Assembly (NCBI GenBank): GCA_964531815.1
Contig: CAZHEW010000003.1
Location: 1 to 32,104, forward strand
Length of the DNA: 32,104 bases
Source of the DNA: an uncultured Verrucomicrobiota bacterium
GTDB lineage: Bacteria; Verrucomicrobiota; Verrucomicrobiia; Limisphaerales; UBA8199
Direction: 5' to 3'
Shown here: one piece after another, positions 1 through 7,736 of the stretch
Numbering within the stretch: position 1 is the first letter of the stretch
Layout: each line of letters opens with the position of its first letter
Made by a program: the position numbers and the translations under genes
Notes under the pieces: generated by a model
Databases searched by the model: none
What the model was told of the DNA's origin: nothing
The model's input: only the letters and a program-made list of their open reading frames with translations

Positions 1-416
1 ACGTGCGGTTCAAAGGTCCACATGGTCGCATCCGGCCCTTCGAGTTCGGCAGGCTGCGAGCGCCCGAGCCGCTGGCTGATGTAGTCCGCGCGCGCCTCAA
101 ACCGCCAGACCTCACTCCGGGCATAATGCCGCGCGACGCGCCGGTAAAAATCGCGCGCGATGCCGCCGATCACCGCCTTGTTCCCGATGTCGGTGGCCCC
201 GAGCCCGCCCGAAGTCAGGCCGCCCAGGTGATTGCCGAACTCGGCGATGACGGCCGTCCGCCCCATGCGCGCCGCCTGGACCGCAGCCACCACCCCGCCG
301 GCCGTGCCGCCATAAATGCACACGTCAGCTTCAATGACCTCCGCCGCCCTGGCCGGCCGCAGCGGCACGACGGTGAGCAGGCCCAGCAGGGCCGAAATGA
401 CCACGCGCTTAATCAT
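1..416 (-). CDS. FAD-dependent oxidoreductase (PF12831-like), N-terminal part; 3' end runs off the left edge
   Basis: Absent from the ORF track because it has no stop in the window. Reverse complement from ATG at 416 reads MIKRVVISALLGLLTVVPLRPARAAEVIEADVCIYGGTAGGVVAAVQAARMGRTAVIAEFGNHLGGLTSGGLGATDIGNKAVIGGIARDFY... This is a signal-peptide-like N-terminus followed by a GxGxxG dinucleotide-binding motif, open to the window edge. Its ATG overlaps the TGA of the upstream gene (ATGA at 413-416). Confidence 0.7.
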   Translation of the reverse strand, partial: MIKRVVISALLGLLTVVPLRPARAAEVIEADVCIYGGTAGGVVAAVQAARMGRTAVIAEFGNHLGGLTSGGLGATDIGNKAVIGGIARDFYRRVARHYARSEVWRFEARADYISQRLGRSQPAELEGPDATMWTFEPH

Positions 417-949
417 TGGACATCAAGTCTCCTGGTTTCGGTGCTCGCCTCCGTGCTTCCGCTATGGGTCCCAACCGCTCCTATCGGCTTCTCCCGCAAC
501 AACCGGAAGTTCCCCTCCTCGCAGCACGCGACAAAGGTCTCTGTAACTGCTTTGAGCTCTTCCCAGCGCGCCCGGATTTCGCGTGATTCCTTAGGGGAAA
601 TCTGGTTGTCCGCGGCGGCGGTGGCTACCACGGCCAGCAAGTCCGCGAACTCCTGCACGATCTCATTGGTGGCGGGAATCAGGTACGACGGGTGCGGATT
701 GGTGGTCTTGGGGTTCCGGATGAAGAAGCCGCCGGCTCGCTGGCAGAGCCATTGAACGATGCGAAGATCGTTGGTGCACCGCAGCAGGGCCTCAATGCGG
801 TCAAGCGGGTTGGTGCTGCCGCTGCCAGCGGTCGGGTCGCCCGGCTCGGCCCACTTGTAGATCATCGAGAGCGACAGGCCAAGCTCGGCCGCCACCAGTT
901 TGGGGCTGCATCTCTGAAACACCTCACGCAGAAGTTCATGCGATTGCAT
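413..949 (-). CDS. Helix-turn-helix regulatory protein, phage CII (CP76)-like
   Basis: Track ORF 413..1006. The likely start is the internal ATG (MQSHELLREVF...). The segment KLVAAELGLSLSMIYKWAEP looks like an HTH. The overall layout (HTH, then NPLDRIEALL..., then a C-terminal helical region) resembles Phage_CP76/CII-type regulators. The family call is from memory only. Confidence 0.5.
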   Translation of the reverse strand: MQSHELLREVFQRCSPKLVAAELGLSLSMIYKWAEPGDPTAGSGSTNPLDRIEALLRCTNDLRIVQWLCQRAGGFFIRNPKTTNPHPSYLIPATNEIVQEFADLLAVVATAAADNQISPKESREIRARWEELKAVTETFVACCEEGNFRLLREKPIGAVGTHSGSTEASTETRRLDVQ

Positions 950-1037
950 GCAGACTACATTGAAAGAGCCACAAACAGTTGGCAAGGCGGAAGAAATCCG
1001 CCGCAAGAAAACCCGAAGGGCTGCGCGGGACGCCCCC

Positions 1038-2144
1038 TTACCGCCAATCGCGCCAGACGGCGGCGGCGGATTGACGCAGCTTCTCCGGCGTCCAGGTGGT
1101 CTGGTCAGGCGGTGGCAAGGAGCCGCCGGGGCAGGCCACGAGGAACGTCAGCTCTTGAGTTGAGTGGGCCGGCAGCTTGAGCGCGTATTCCACCCGGCCC
1201 CCGGCGTAGAGGGACTGGTCGTTGCTGCCACCCACGGCGACGTAGCGCGAGGCTGCAGTGTTGAGCTTGCCGGCGATAACCTGGTCCAGGTCGGGGGTGG
1301 CGTCCGCGGGGAAAAGCCAGATGGCGTTCAGGATGGGGTTTTGGTCGCGAGCGCCGGGTTTGGGCAGGACAGAAACGTCCAATGTGCCATCAGCATTCGC
1401 GTCGGAGGCTTCAAACATGACGGCTCCGGGCTGGTGCCGTCCCCAACGCGCCAGCGGGTCAACTTCCTGTGGCGGGGCGCCTTCGACCTGGCAGAGGAGC
1501 GGGCGCTGGCCGGCTTGCGACCAGTGGCTTTCGCAGAAACCGAGCGCGACCTTGACCCGGGCCTTGGGGGCCAATTTGAAGTGATACCGGATCGGCACGC
1601 CGCCCATGCCCGCGCGAATGTTTCGGAAGGCAGGGTCGCAGTCCGCGGCCGGCCTGGCCCAGCCGGGCAGCGCCACCGCATCGTCAGCCCAACCCCAGTC
1701 GCGCATGGCCTGGGAAACGCGGGTGCCATCCGGCAGGCTCAGCACCGTTCGCCCGCCAATGGTGACGGTTCTCAAGCCAAGCCGGACAGTCTCCGGCAGG
1801 ACCAGCGAGAGTTGCACGGGGGTCTCCTGGCCGGCGGTTTCGGCCAGGCGCACGGTGAGGACGTCCAGCCCGGCGGGCCACACCGGGGCGCGAAGGGCGG
1901 TCAGGGTGAGCGCGATCGAGCCGTAGCGGGATTGCGCCTGGGCGGCCGGGATGAAACCGTCGAGCTTGAGACTCTTGACATCGGCAGGCGCGGTTGCGGG
2001 CAAGCCGTCGCCGGCGACGTTGACTGCGATCGCTCCCCAGTCCTCGACCAATCGGCCCTGGTCGTCCATGCGCGTGGGGGGCAGGCCGGGGGAGGTGAAG
2101 GAGACCTCGGCGTGCAAATGGGCAGCGAAGAGAAGGGCGAGCAA
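1038..2144 (-). CDS. Secreted hypothetical protein with a malectin-like or carbohydrate-binding-like segment; start uncertain
   Basis: Track ORF 1038..2471. Third-position GC is high only from about codon 110 onward (LLALLFAAHLHA/EVSF, signal-peptide-like). The first ~100 codons are rich in rare codons and A/T third positions and span two CT/GA hairpins. The only in-frame start next to the hydrophobic segment is TTG at 2144. The segment GFCESHWSQAGQRPLL...NPILNAIWLF is reminiscent of malectin-type domains. Confidence 0.45.
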   Translation of the reverse strand: MLALLFAAHLHAEVSFTSPGLPPTRMDDQGRLVEDWGAIAVNVAGDGLPATAPADVKSLKLDGFIPAAQAQSRYGSIALTLTALRAPVWPAGLDVLTVRLAETAGQETPVQLSLVLPETVRLGLRTVTIGGRTVLSLPDGTRVSQAMRDWGWADDAVALPGWARPAADCDPAFRNIRAGMGGVPIRYHFKLAPKARVKVALGFCESHWSQAGQRPLLCQVEGAPPQEVDPLARWGRHQPGAVMFEASDANADGTLDVSVLPKPGARDQNPILNAIWLFPADATPDLDQVIAGKLNTAASRYVAVGGSNDQSLYAGGRVEYALKLPAHSTQELTFLVACPGGSLPPPDQTTWTPEKLRQSAAAVWRDWR

Positions 2145-2237
2145 AGAAGGCCACCGAGAGCGCCAGGGTGCGTGCGCCTGCGACGATCGGTTCCTTACAC
2201 TTAGCCGGCCGGCGCGAGCACAGAACGTCTGGCTCTC

Positions 2238-2272
2238 CCTCTCCTCCTTTGGAAAAGAGGGTTGGGGAGAGG
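2238..2272. repeat. CT/GA-rich hairpin element (CCTCTCC...GGAGAGG)
   Basis: CCTCTCCTC (2238-2246) can pair with GGGGAGAGG (2264-2272), including one G-U pair. The motif is related to the element at 2379-2403. Confidence 0.4.
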
Positions 2273-2378
2273 AGGCCCGCCACGATTCTCGCTGCTGCGG
2301 TTCATGGCGACATTCCAGAGGGTTGCTGGTCCAAGTTGTCGGGCGAAATGGCTGAGAATGACGACCTCCTCTCCCGGG

Positions 2379-2403
2379 CCCTCTCCTCCAGAGCAGGAGA
2401 GGG
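2379..2403. repeat. CT/GA-rich hairpin element (CCCTCTCCT-N7-AGGAGAGGG)
   Basis: Perfect 9-bp inverted repeat, 2379-2387 with 2395-2403, and a 7-nt loop. It shares the CCTCTCC/GGAGAGG core with 2238-2272. Confidence 0.5.
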
Positions 2404-2474
2404 AAACGGCGCCACAGCGTAGGGTGCGAGCTGGCTTCTCTCATATCAGCTTGTAGTTCTTCACCATTCACGTC

Positions 2475-3983
2475 TCACCCCGCCTTTGCGTGCGTCGCAT
2501 GTTCCGGAGAGTGGACGACCTTGATGCCGTAGAGCTGGCAGAAGGATTCCACGGTGCGCCGATGGTTGCCGAGCGTGACGACCTGGTGGAAGCCGAGCAC
2601 GTCGCGGCAGTCCTCGATGTTGTCCATCTTAATCTCGACCGACGTGCGGCAACCGCCCGCGGGCGGGGTATCCACGTTGCTGACCACCGTGCCGGTATCG
2701 AGGATGAGTTCATTGGTGTTCTGGAAGCGCACGAGCGACACGGGCGCGCCGACCGGCCACAGCACCTGCACTGACACGCCGAGGGCTGACTCGGAGTGGT
2801 TGCGGAGGATGTAAGGGGCCGGTTTCTGATCAAATCCGTTCAACCGCGTGCCGGAAACGCAATGCGAGGCAATGAACAGGTTCTTGGCGGTTTCAGGGAC
2901 CGGGTCATTCATGTAACCCGGGCGGTCGAGCAGGTAGCTGGTCAGCATGAGCGAGGTGGCGCCATGAAGGTCGGCCTCGCAGCCGCAGGTGACGCCCAGG
3001 TCCTGGAGAATTGTCCAGGCGCCGCAAGGCGGGGTAGGAACCAGCTTGGCGCTGACCATGCCGAGGCAATCCATCGAGATGGCGTTGGCTTGCTCATCGG
3101 CGAGCAGCCGCTTGGCGGCGGTATAGACGCGGGCGGAGTTGAGGCTGTCCTGCCAGGTGGGCTCGACGACACGCTTGGCGTGCCTGCGGAAAGTGCTGGC
3201 CACGTCTTTGACCTCGTCGTTGACCGGCATCTGGTCGAACAACTCATTGAAGGTGTTGCGCGGGATGGCGCGGACCTTGGTGCCGAGGTGGTCCAGCACG
3301 GTCTCGTTGCGCTGGTTGCCGTGGATCCAGAGCACGCGCGTTTCCTCGAACATGCGTTTGGCACGGATCATGCGCAGGCCGTCCTCGACCGCGGACCATT
3401 CGAGCGACGAGACCACATGCACGCCTGCCTGGCGCGACACGCCGGCGACGTGGCCCGTGAACGCGGTGCCGACGGGTGCAAAAACGATGAGTGGCACGCC
3501 GGCTTCGTTCGCCAGCCGATTGACCCAGCCCCAGCAGGCCATGTGCTGGAGGATGACCAGGAGGCCGTCAGGCTTGCGCTCGCGAACCGCCTTGCTGAAA
3601 GCCGTCAGCGCCGCTTCGTCTTCAATCGGTTTTGCCTCCTCGCGCAATTCGATGGCGAGGCGCCGGCACGAGCCAGCCAACTGCGCGCGGTATCTCTTCT
3701 GATGCTGGTCGAGGTCGTAAGTGGTGCCAGGCCAGCCCAGCCAATAGGGCCGGGGTTGTTGCAGAATCGCCGCGTCCACGCGAACCTTCGGATGCGGACG
3801 CAGCCTGGCCGGGTCAATAAAATCCGGGTCCGGCTTGCGCGCCTTGGCCAGGGCCGGAAAGAGCTCGCCACTGAAGGCCAGGCCGGCGGCAGCGGTGGTA
3901 ATGAGCTGAAGGCAGTGCCGCCGCGAAAGGCAGCCGGAGCATTGGTGATGGGGAGTTTGCATAAAGTTCGAAGGCTTCGTCAT
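2475..3983 (-). CDS. L-fucose/L-arabinose isomerase-superfamily protein with a twin-arginine (Tat) signal
   Basis: Track ORF 2475..4061; likely start is ATG at 3983 (MTKPSNF...). SRRHCLQLITTAAAGLAFSG...ALA fits a Tat signal (S-R-R-x-x-L plus h-region plus AxA). GCEADLHGATSLMLTSYL, ASHCVSG and HQVVTLGNHRRTVESFCQLYGIKV resemble the COG2407 isomerase family. Confidence 0.65.
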   Translation of the reverse strand: MTKPSNFMQTPHHQCSGCLSRRHCLQLITTAAAGLAFSGELFPALAKARKPDPDFIDPARLRPHPKVRVDAAILQQPRPYWLGWPGTTYDLDQHQKRYRAQLAGSCRRLAIELREEAKPIEDEAALTAFSKAVRERKPDGLLVILQHMACWGWVNRLANEAGVPLIVFAPVGTAFTGHVAGVSRQAGVHVVSSLEWSAVEDGLRMIRAKRMFEETRVLWIHGNQRNETVLDHLGTKVRAIPRNTFNELFDQMPVNDEVKDVASTFRRHAKRVVEPTWQDSLNSARVYTAAKRLLADEQANAISMDCLGMVSAKLVPTPPCGAWTILQDLGVTCGCEADLHGATSLMLTSYLLDRPGYMNDPVPETAKNLFIASHCVSGTRLNGFDQKPAPYILRNHSESALGVSVQVLWPVGAPVSLVRFQNTNELILDTGTVVSNVDTPPAGGCRTSVEIKMDNIEDCRDVLGFHQVVTLGNHRRTVESFCQLYGIKVVHSPEHATHAKAG

Positions 3984-4166
3984 GCGTTTTCCATGAAGAA
4001 CACAGAACATCCTATTCCGGCAGCCAGGAGGCCGCAACAGGAAAGCGCATGCCAGGCGCATTGCGGCCCGTGCAAAGGCGGGCAGGAGCCTCAGGCATCC
4101 TGACCCGGTAGAAATGACGTGTCAGTGCAATTCCCCCTCACCATCCCCTCCCCGCCCTGGAGCTAG

Positions 4167-4254
4167 TACCTCCGTTCTACCTCCGTTCCACCTCCGTAGC
4201 AGGTCCGTTACAGACACGGAGGTAGAACGGAGGTAGAACGGAGCTACTACGGGG
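4167..4254. repeat. Palindromic array of 11-bp units, copy A
   Basis: Eight contiguous 11-mers: TACCTCCGTTC, TACCTCCGTTC, CACCTCCGTAG, CAGGTCCGTTA, CAGACACGGAG, GTAGAACGGAG, GTAGAACGGAG, CTACTACGGGG. The left arm (4167-4197) is the near-perfect reverse complement of the right arm (4216-4246). Confidence 0.8.
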
Positions 4255-4368
4255 GTATCAGCTCGCAACTACGGCAATGACAGCTACTTGCCACACCAGG
4301 AACGGCCGGCCGGGTAGAATTGAGTCAGGTTGGTCCTGTTGTTACCAGCCTTACGACAGGCGGCCACA

Positions 4369-4389
4369 CACGCTGCCTGGGGCAGCGTG
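4369..4389 (-). terminator. Hairpin downstream of lpxB (candidate terminator, no clear U-tract)
   Basis: CACGCTGCC-TGG-GGCAGCGTG is a perfect 9-bp stem about 60 nt beyond the lpxB stop. The following minus-strand sequence is TGTGGCC, only weakly U-rich. Confidence 0.3.
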
Positions 4390-4447
4390 ACCAGCGCCGT
4401 AGTCGGCCCCGTTTTGGCTTCGCGCGATGGCAGCGTTGACGCCTGGG

Positions 4448-5668
4448 CTACGGGCGCGGCTGGAGGGTTGACAGGACGGCTCTGGCGGCGCGCCGGGCCG
4501 CGCCCGGTGCGCCCAACGAGGCCGCCACTTCCCGCAGCCGAGCCTTGATTCTGTCACGCCGGACCTCATCGCGCAGCAGGTCAACCGCGGCCCCGGCGAG
4601 GTTGCGCGCGCTGGCGGCCGACTGAATGAACTCGGGAAAGACTTCCTCCGCTGCCAGGAGATTCGGCATCGCCAGGTATTTCACCTTCACAATGCGCCGC
4701 CCGATTTGCCATGTGCTCCAGGAGGTTTTGTAGAGAGCCACCGTCGGCACACCGAAGTAAGCGCACTCGGTCGTGACCGTGCCGGTCGAGGCAATCGCCA
4801 CGTCGGATTCTGCCAGCGCGTCGGGCAAGCCGCCGATTCGCACATCCAGGCCGCGCGGCACCCCCAGCCGCTTCGCCTGCCGGGCCAACGCCTCGCTGGG
4901 CAAGACCATTTCCGCGCGGACCCCGACCACCTTGGCACGAACCAGGTCCAGGGCGCCAAGCATCACCGGCAAGTGGCGCTTGATCTCTCCGGCGCGGCTT
5001 CCCGGGAGCAGCAGCAACGCCGGGTTCTTCTCCCTCTTACGATTCGAACTCCTGGCCGCGGCGTTCTGCCCGTAACGATCCACGATGGGATGCCCGACGA
5101 ACTCGACCCGCAGTTGCGGGACGCGCTTCGCATACCAGTCTTTCTCGAAGGGGAAGATGCTCAGCACGAGGTCATAGTCTCGCGCCATTTGGTCGGCCCG
5201 GCCCGCGCGCGAGGCCCAAACCTGGGGCGACACGTATTGAATGATCTTCGGGCTCCAGTTATGGAACCAGTCGGGGCGCGCGCGGGTGCACTGCCGGACG
5301 GCCCGGGCAAAGCGGCGGTTGAAACCCGAGAAGTCCACGCAGATGATGACGTCGGGCTGGCGCTGGCGAGCGAGCCGGAGCAACCGCTGGAAGAGCCGGC
5401 GGAACTTGAGGTAGTGCCGGAGCGCATCGGACAGGCCGATCACCGAGTGCGCCGTCATGTCGAAGTCAATATCCACGCCCGCGGCGGCCATCCGGGTGCC
5501 GCCCGCGCCGAAGAAGCGCGGTGCCAGGCTCGTTTGCAGCGGCTGGTAGTCGGTGGTGGGGACGGCTGGGGCTTCGGCGCACTCCTGCCGGAGGGCGCGC
5601 ACCAGTTCGGCCGCCAGCATGTCACCGCTGGCTTCCCCCGCGATCAGCATGAAACTTCTGGGGTTCAC
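4448..5668 (-). CDS. lpxB: Lipid-A-disaccharide synthase
   Basis: N-terminal IAGEASGD motif, and length and pattern typical of LpxB. GTG start at 5668; an alternative ATG lies at 5650. Confidence 0.92.
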   Translation of the reverse strand: MNPRSFMLIAGEASGDMLAAELVRALRQECAEAPAVPTTDYQPLQTSLAPRFFGAGGTRMAAAGVDIDFDMTAHSVIGLSDALRHYLKFRRLFQRLLRLARQRQPDVIICVDFSGFNRRFARAVRQCTRARPDWFHNWSPKIIQYVSPQVWASRAGRADQMARDYDLVLSIFPFEKDWYAKRVPQLRVEFVGHPIVDRYGQNAAARSSNRKREKNPALLLLPGSRAGEIKRHLPVMLGALDLVRAKVVGVRAEMVLPSEALARQAKRLGVPRGLDVRIGGLPDALAESDVAIASTGTVTTECAYFGVPTVALYKTSWSTWQIGRRIVKVKYLAMPNLLAAEEVFPEFIQSAASARNLAGAAVDLLRDEVRRDRIKARLREVAASLGAPGAARRAARAVLSTLQPRP

Positions 5669-5707
5669 GTTCTAAGCTCGATATTTCCTGCCGGCGCACC
5701 CCGAGCG

Positions 5708-5762
5708 CGGGCATCCTGCCCGGTTAGACGGTCCGAACGGGCTAAGCGGGCAAGATGCCCGC
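5708..5762. promoter_or_regulatory. Two related short palindromes, CGGGCA-N3-TGCCCG
   Basis: 5708-5722 is CGGGCATCCTGCCCG and 5746-5762 is GCGGGCAAGATGCCCGC. Their centres are 39 bp apart, in the 183-bp spacer between the oxidoreductase gene and lpxB. Confidence 0.25.
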
Positions 5763-5851
5763 GGTCCAATCTGTTGGCATTTCGCGCGGGACAGCAAGCA
5801 GATCCCGGCCTGTCCTTCAAGCTCGCCATAATGCTCTCGGCCAGCACAGCG

Positions 5852-6928
5852 TCAGCACCCTTCCAGTTCGGCTTTAAACCCGGCTGCTTGAATCTGCCGG
5901 GTAATCTCGAATCCCAGATCCAGCGCCCGCTTCGCCGATTCACCGCTGACCCGCGGTGTGCGATGCGCCCGCACGCACTCAACAAAGTGCTGCAGTTCCA
6001 GCCGGAGGGGCTCCTCCCTGGCGATGGGCACCGGCTCGCGCACGATTCGTTTGCCGCCAAACTCGCTCACGATCGTGGAATCTTTCCCGCGGAGCAGCTT
6101 CTTGAGGAGCGAGCTTTCCTCCTCGTCGTTGCGCGCAATGCGATAGATGAAACCTTCCTGCGCGCGGTAATCCAGGGAGATATAGCTGGTCAGAGCGCCG
6201 CTGCTGAAGACGCGTATCTTGCGCATACGCTCCGGGCTGACGCGGCTGGCGGTCAGGTTGGCGACGCAGCCGTTGGCGAAGCGCAGGCGCGCATTGGCGA
6301 TATCCTCCGACCGGCTGAGCACCGGGATGCCGACGGCATCCACGCTCTGCACCGGCGATTTGACGAAGGCCAGCACCACGTCCAGGTCGTGGATCATGAG
6401 GTCCAGCACCACGCCGACGTCGGTGCTGCGGGCCGGGTAAGGCGAGAGGCGGTGAGTTTCGATGAAGCGCGGTTCGGTGGCCACGGTTTCGAGGTATTTG
6501 AAGACGGGATTGAAGCGCTCGACGTGGCCGACCTGCAGGACGCAGCCCTTTTGCTGCGCGAGCTGGACCAGCTCGGCGGCCTGGGCGCCGTTTTCCGTCA
6601 TCGGCTTTTCCAGCAGCACGTGCCGCCCCTGCCGGAGGAGGGGCTGGGCCAGGTCGAAGTGGGAGGTCGTGGGCGTAACGATGCTCACGGCGTCGCTGGC
6701 GGACGCAGCCTCCTGGGCGGATCCAAACACCCGCACGCCGTGCTTCTGGGCAACCCGCTGCGCGGTCTCGGGGGCGGTGTCAAACACCCCGACGAACTCG
6801 ACTTGCCCCGCCGCCGCCAGTTCCGCGTAGATCCGCGCGTGCTCTTTGCCGAGGGAGCCGACCCCCAGGACCGAGACCTTCACTTTGCCCGCACCTTGCA
6901 GCCCATGTTCCGCACTCATCCGCGCCAT
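5852..6928 (-). CDS. Gfo/Idh/MocA-family NAD(P)-dependent oxidoreductase
   Basis: Rossmann N-terminus VSVLGVGSLGKEH, an EKPM motif (LLEKPMTEN), and a typical C-terminal dimerisation-domain pattern. Lies directly upstream of lpxB on the same strand. The start may be the downstream GTG (VKVSVLG). Confidence 0.85.
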   Translation of the reverse strand: MARMSAEHGLQGAGKVKVSVLGVGSLGKEHARIYAELAAAGQVEFVGVFDTAPETAQRVAQKHGVRVFGSAQEAASASDAVSIVTPTTSHFDLAQPLLRQGRHVLLEKPMTENGAQAAELVQLAQQKGCVLQVGHVERFNPVFKYLETVATEPRFIETHRLSPYPARSTDVGVVLDLMIHDLDVVLAFVKSPVQSVDAVGIPVLSRSEDIANARLRFANGCVANLTASRVSPERMRKIRVFSSGALTSYISLDYRAQEGFIYRIARNDEEESSLLKKLLRGKDSTIVSEFGGKRIVREPVPIAREEPLRLELQHFVECVRAHRTPRVSGESAKRALDLGFEITRQIQAAGFKAELEGC

Positions 6929-7044
6929 TGTGCCATTGACAACCGGCCGGTGGCAACTGGCAACTGGCAGCGCAGCAATCCTCCGGTTGCCAGGCGAGGG
7001 CTCATTTGAGTTTTGAAGTCTGGAGGCGGAGATAATAGAGTGTC

Positions 7045-7707
7045 GTGGTGCACCTGGTTGGCTACATCCTGACGCTGCTGATCGCCTACTTGCTGGGCTC
7101 GATCCCGACGGGCTATCTGGTGGCCAAGGCGCGGGGGGTGGACATTCGCAAGGTGGGCAGCGGCAACATCGGGGCCACGAACGTGTTCCGTATTCTGGGC
7201 ACGCCGGCGGGGGTTTTCGTGCTGCTGGCGGATGCCGCCAAGGGGTGGGCAGCAGTGTTCTTCGCGGCGAAGCTGCTCTGTGCCTGGAGCTATCCAGACG
7301 CCGGGGCGCAGGCGCTGGAGTGGTTCCGGCTCGGCGCGGGAGTGGCGTCCATCCTGGGCCACAACTTCACCTGCTGGCTCCGGTTCAAGGGCGGGAAGGG
7401 CATTGCGACGTCGGCGGGCGTGCTGCTCGCGCTGGTGCCGGTGGCCTTGCTGATTGCGTTGGGAGTCTGGATCGTGGTGTTTGCGTGCTGCCGCTATGTG
7501 TCGCTGGCCTCGATTTCAGCCGCCTTCTCCCTGCCATTCACCGTGTGGCTGGGCGGGGAGAGCAAGACCCTGGTGGCGGTCATAGCAACGCTGGCCGTGC
7601 TGGCGATCTATAAGCACAAGGGGAACATCCAGCGGCTGCTCAACGGCACCGAGAACAGGATTAGCGGCAAAAAGGCGTCGCCGCCCGCCGCGGCGCCCAG
7701 AGCCTGA
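7045..7707 (+). CDS. plsY: Glycerol-3-phosphate acyltransferase PlsY
   Basis: LLGSIPTGYLVAK and GSGNIGATNVFR motifs in a multi-pass membrane protein. GTG start. Confidence 0.92.
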   Translation: MVHLVGYILTLLIAYLLGSIPTGYLVAKARGVDIRKVGSGNIGATNVFRILGTPAGVFVLLADAAKGWAAVFFAAKLLCAWSYPDAGAQALEWFRLGAGVASILGHNFTCWLRFKGGKGIATSAGVLLALVPVALLIALGVWIVVFACCRYVSLASISAAFSLPFTVWLGGESKTLVAVIATLAVLAIYKHKGNIQRLLNGTENRISGKKASPPAAAPRA

Positions 7708-7736
7708 ACTGCGCCGGCCACTGCGGCCAGCGGGCT

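Noticed and set aside
3-755. 250-aa plus-strand ORF at the left edge.
   Set aside because: The opposite strand encodes a clear FAD-binding protein (1-416) and an HTH protein (413-949). The plus-strand translation is Arg/Pro/Ala-rich with no motif.
4167-4254. Possibility that the 11-bp repeat arrays are CRISPR arrays.
   Set aside because: The units are contiguous with no spacers, only 11 bp long, and arranged as a palindrome. No cas genes are present in the window.
6936-6975. TTGACA followed by the GGCAACT GGCAACT GGCA tandem, considered as a promoter or sigma54 site in the oxidoreductase/plsY divergent region.
   Set aside because: There is no acceptable -10 at the right spacing, and the TGGCA repeats lack a correctly spaced TTGC. 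Evidence is insufficient.
4706-7009. 767-aa plus-strand ORF antisense to lpxB and the oxidoreductase. Other long antisense ORFs are similar: 2796..4103 (+), 11496..12488 (+), 14521..15783 (-), 19959..21341 (+), 25284..26588 (-), 27824..28798 (-), 30184..31365 (-).
   Set aside because: These have Arg/Gly/Ala/Pro-rich, low-information translations typical of open antisense frames in high-GC DNA. Each lies opposite a gene with clear family motifs, and none has recognisable motifs of its own.
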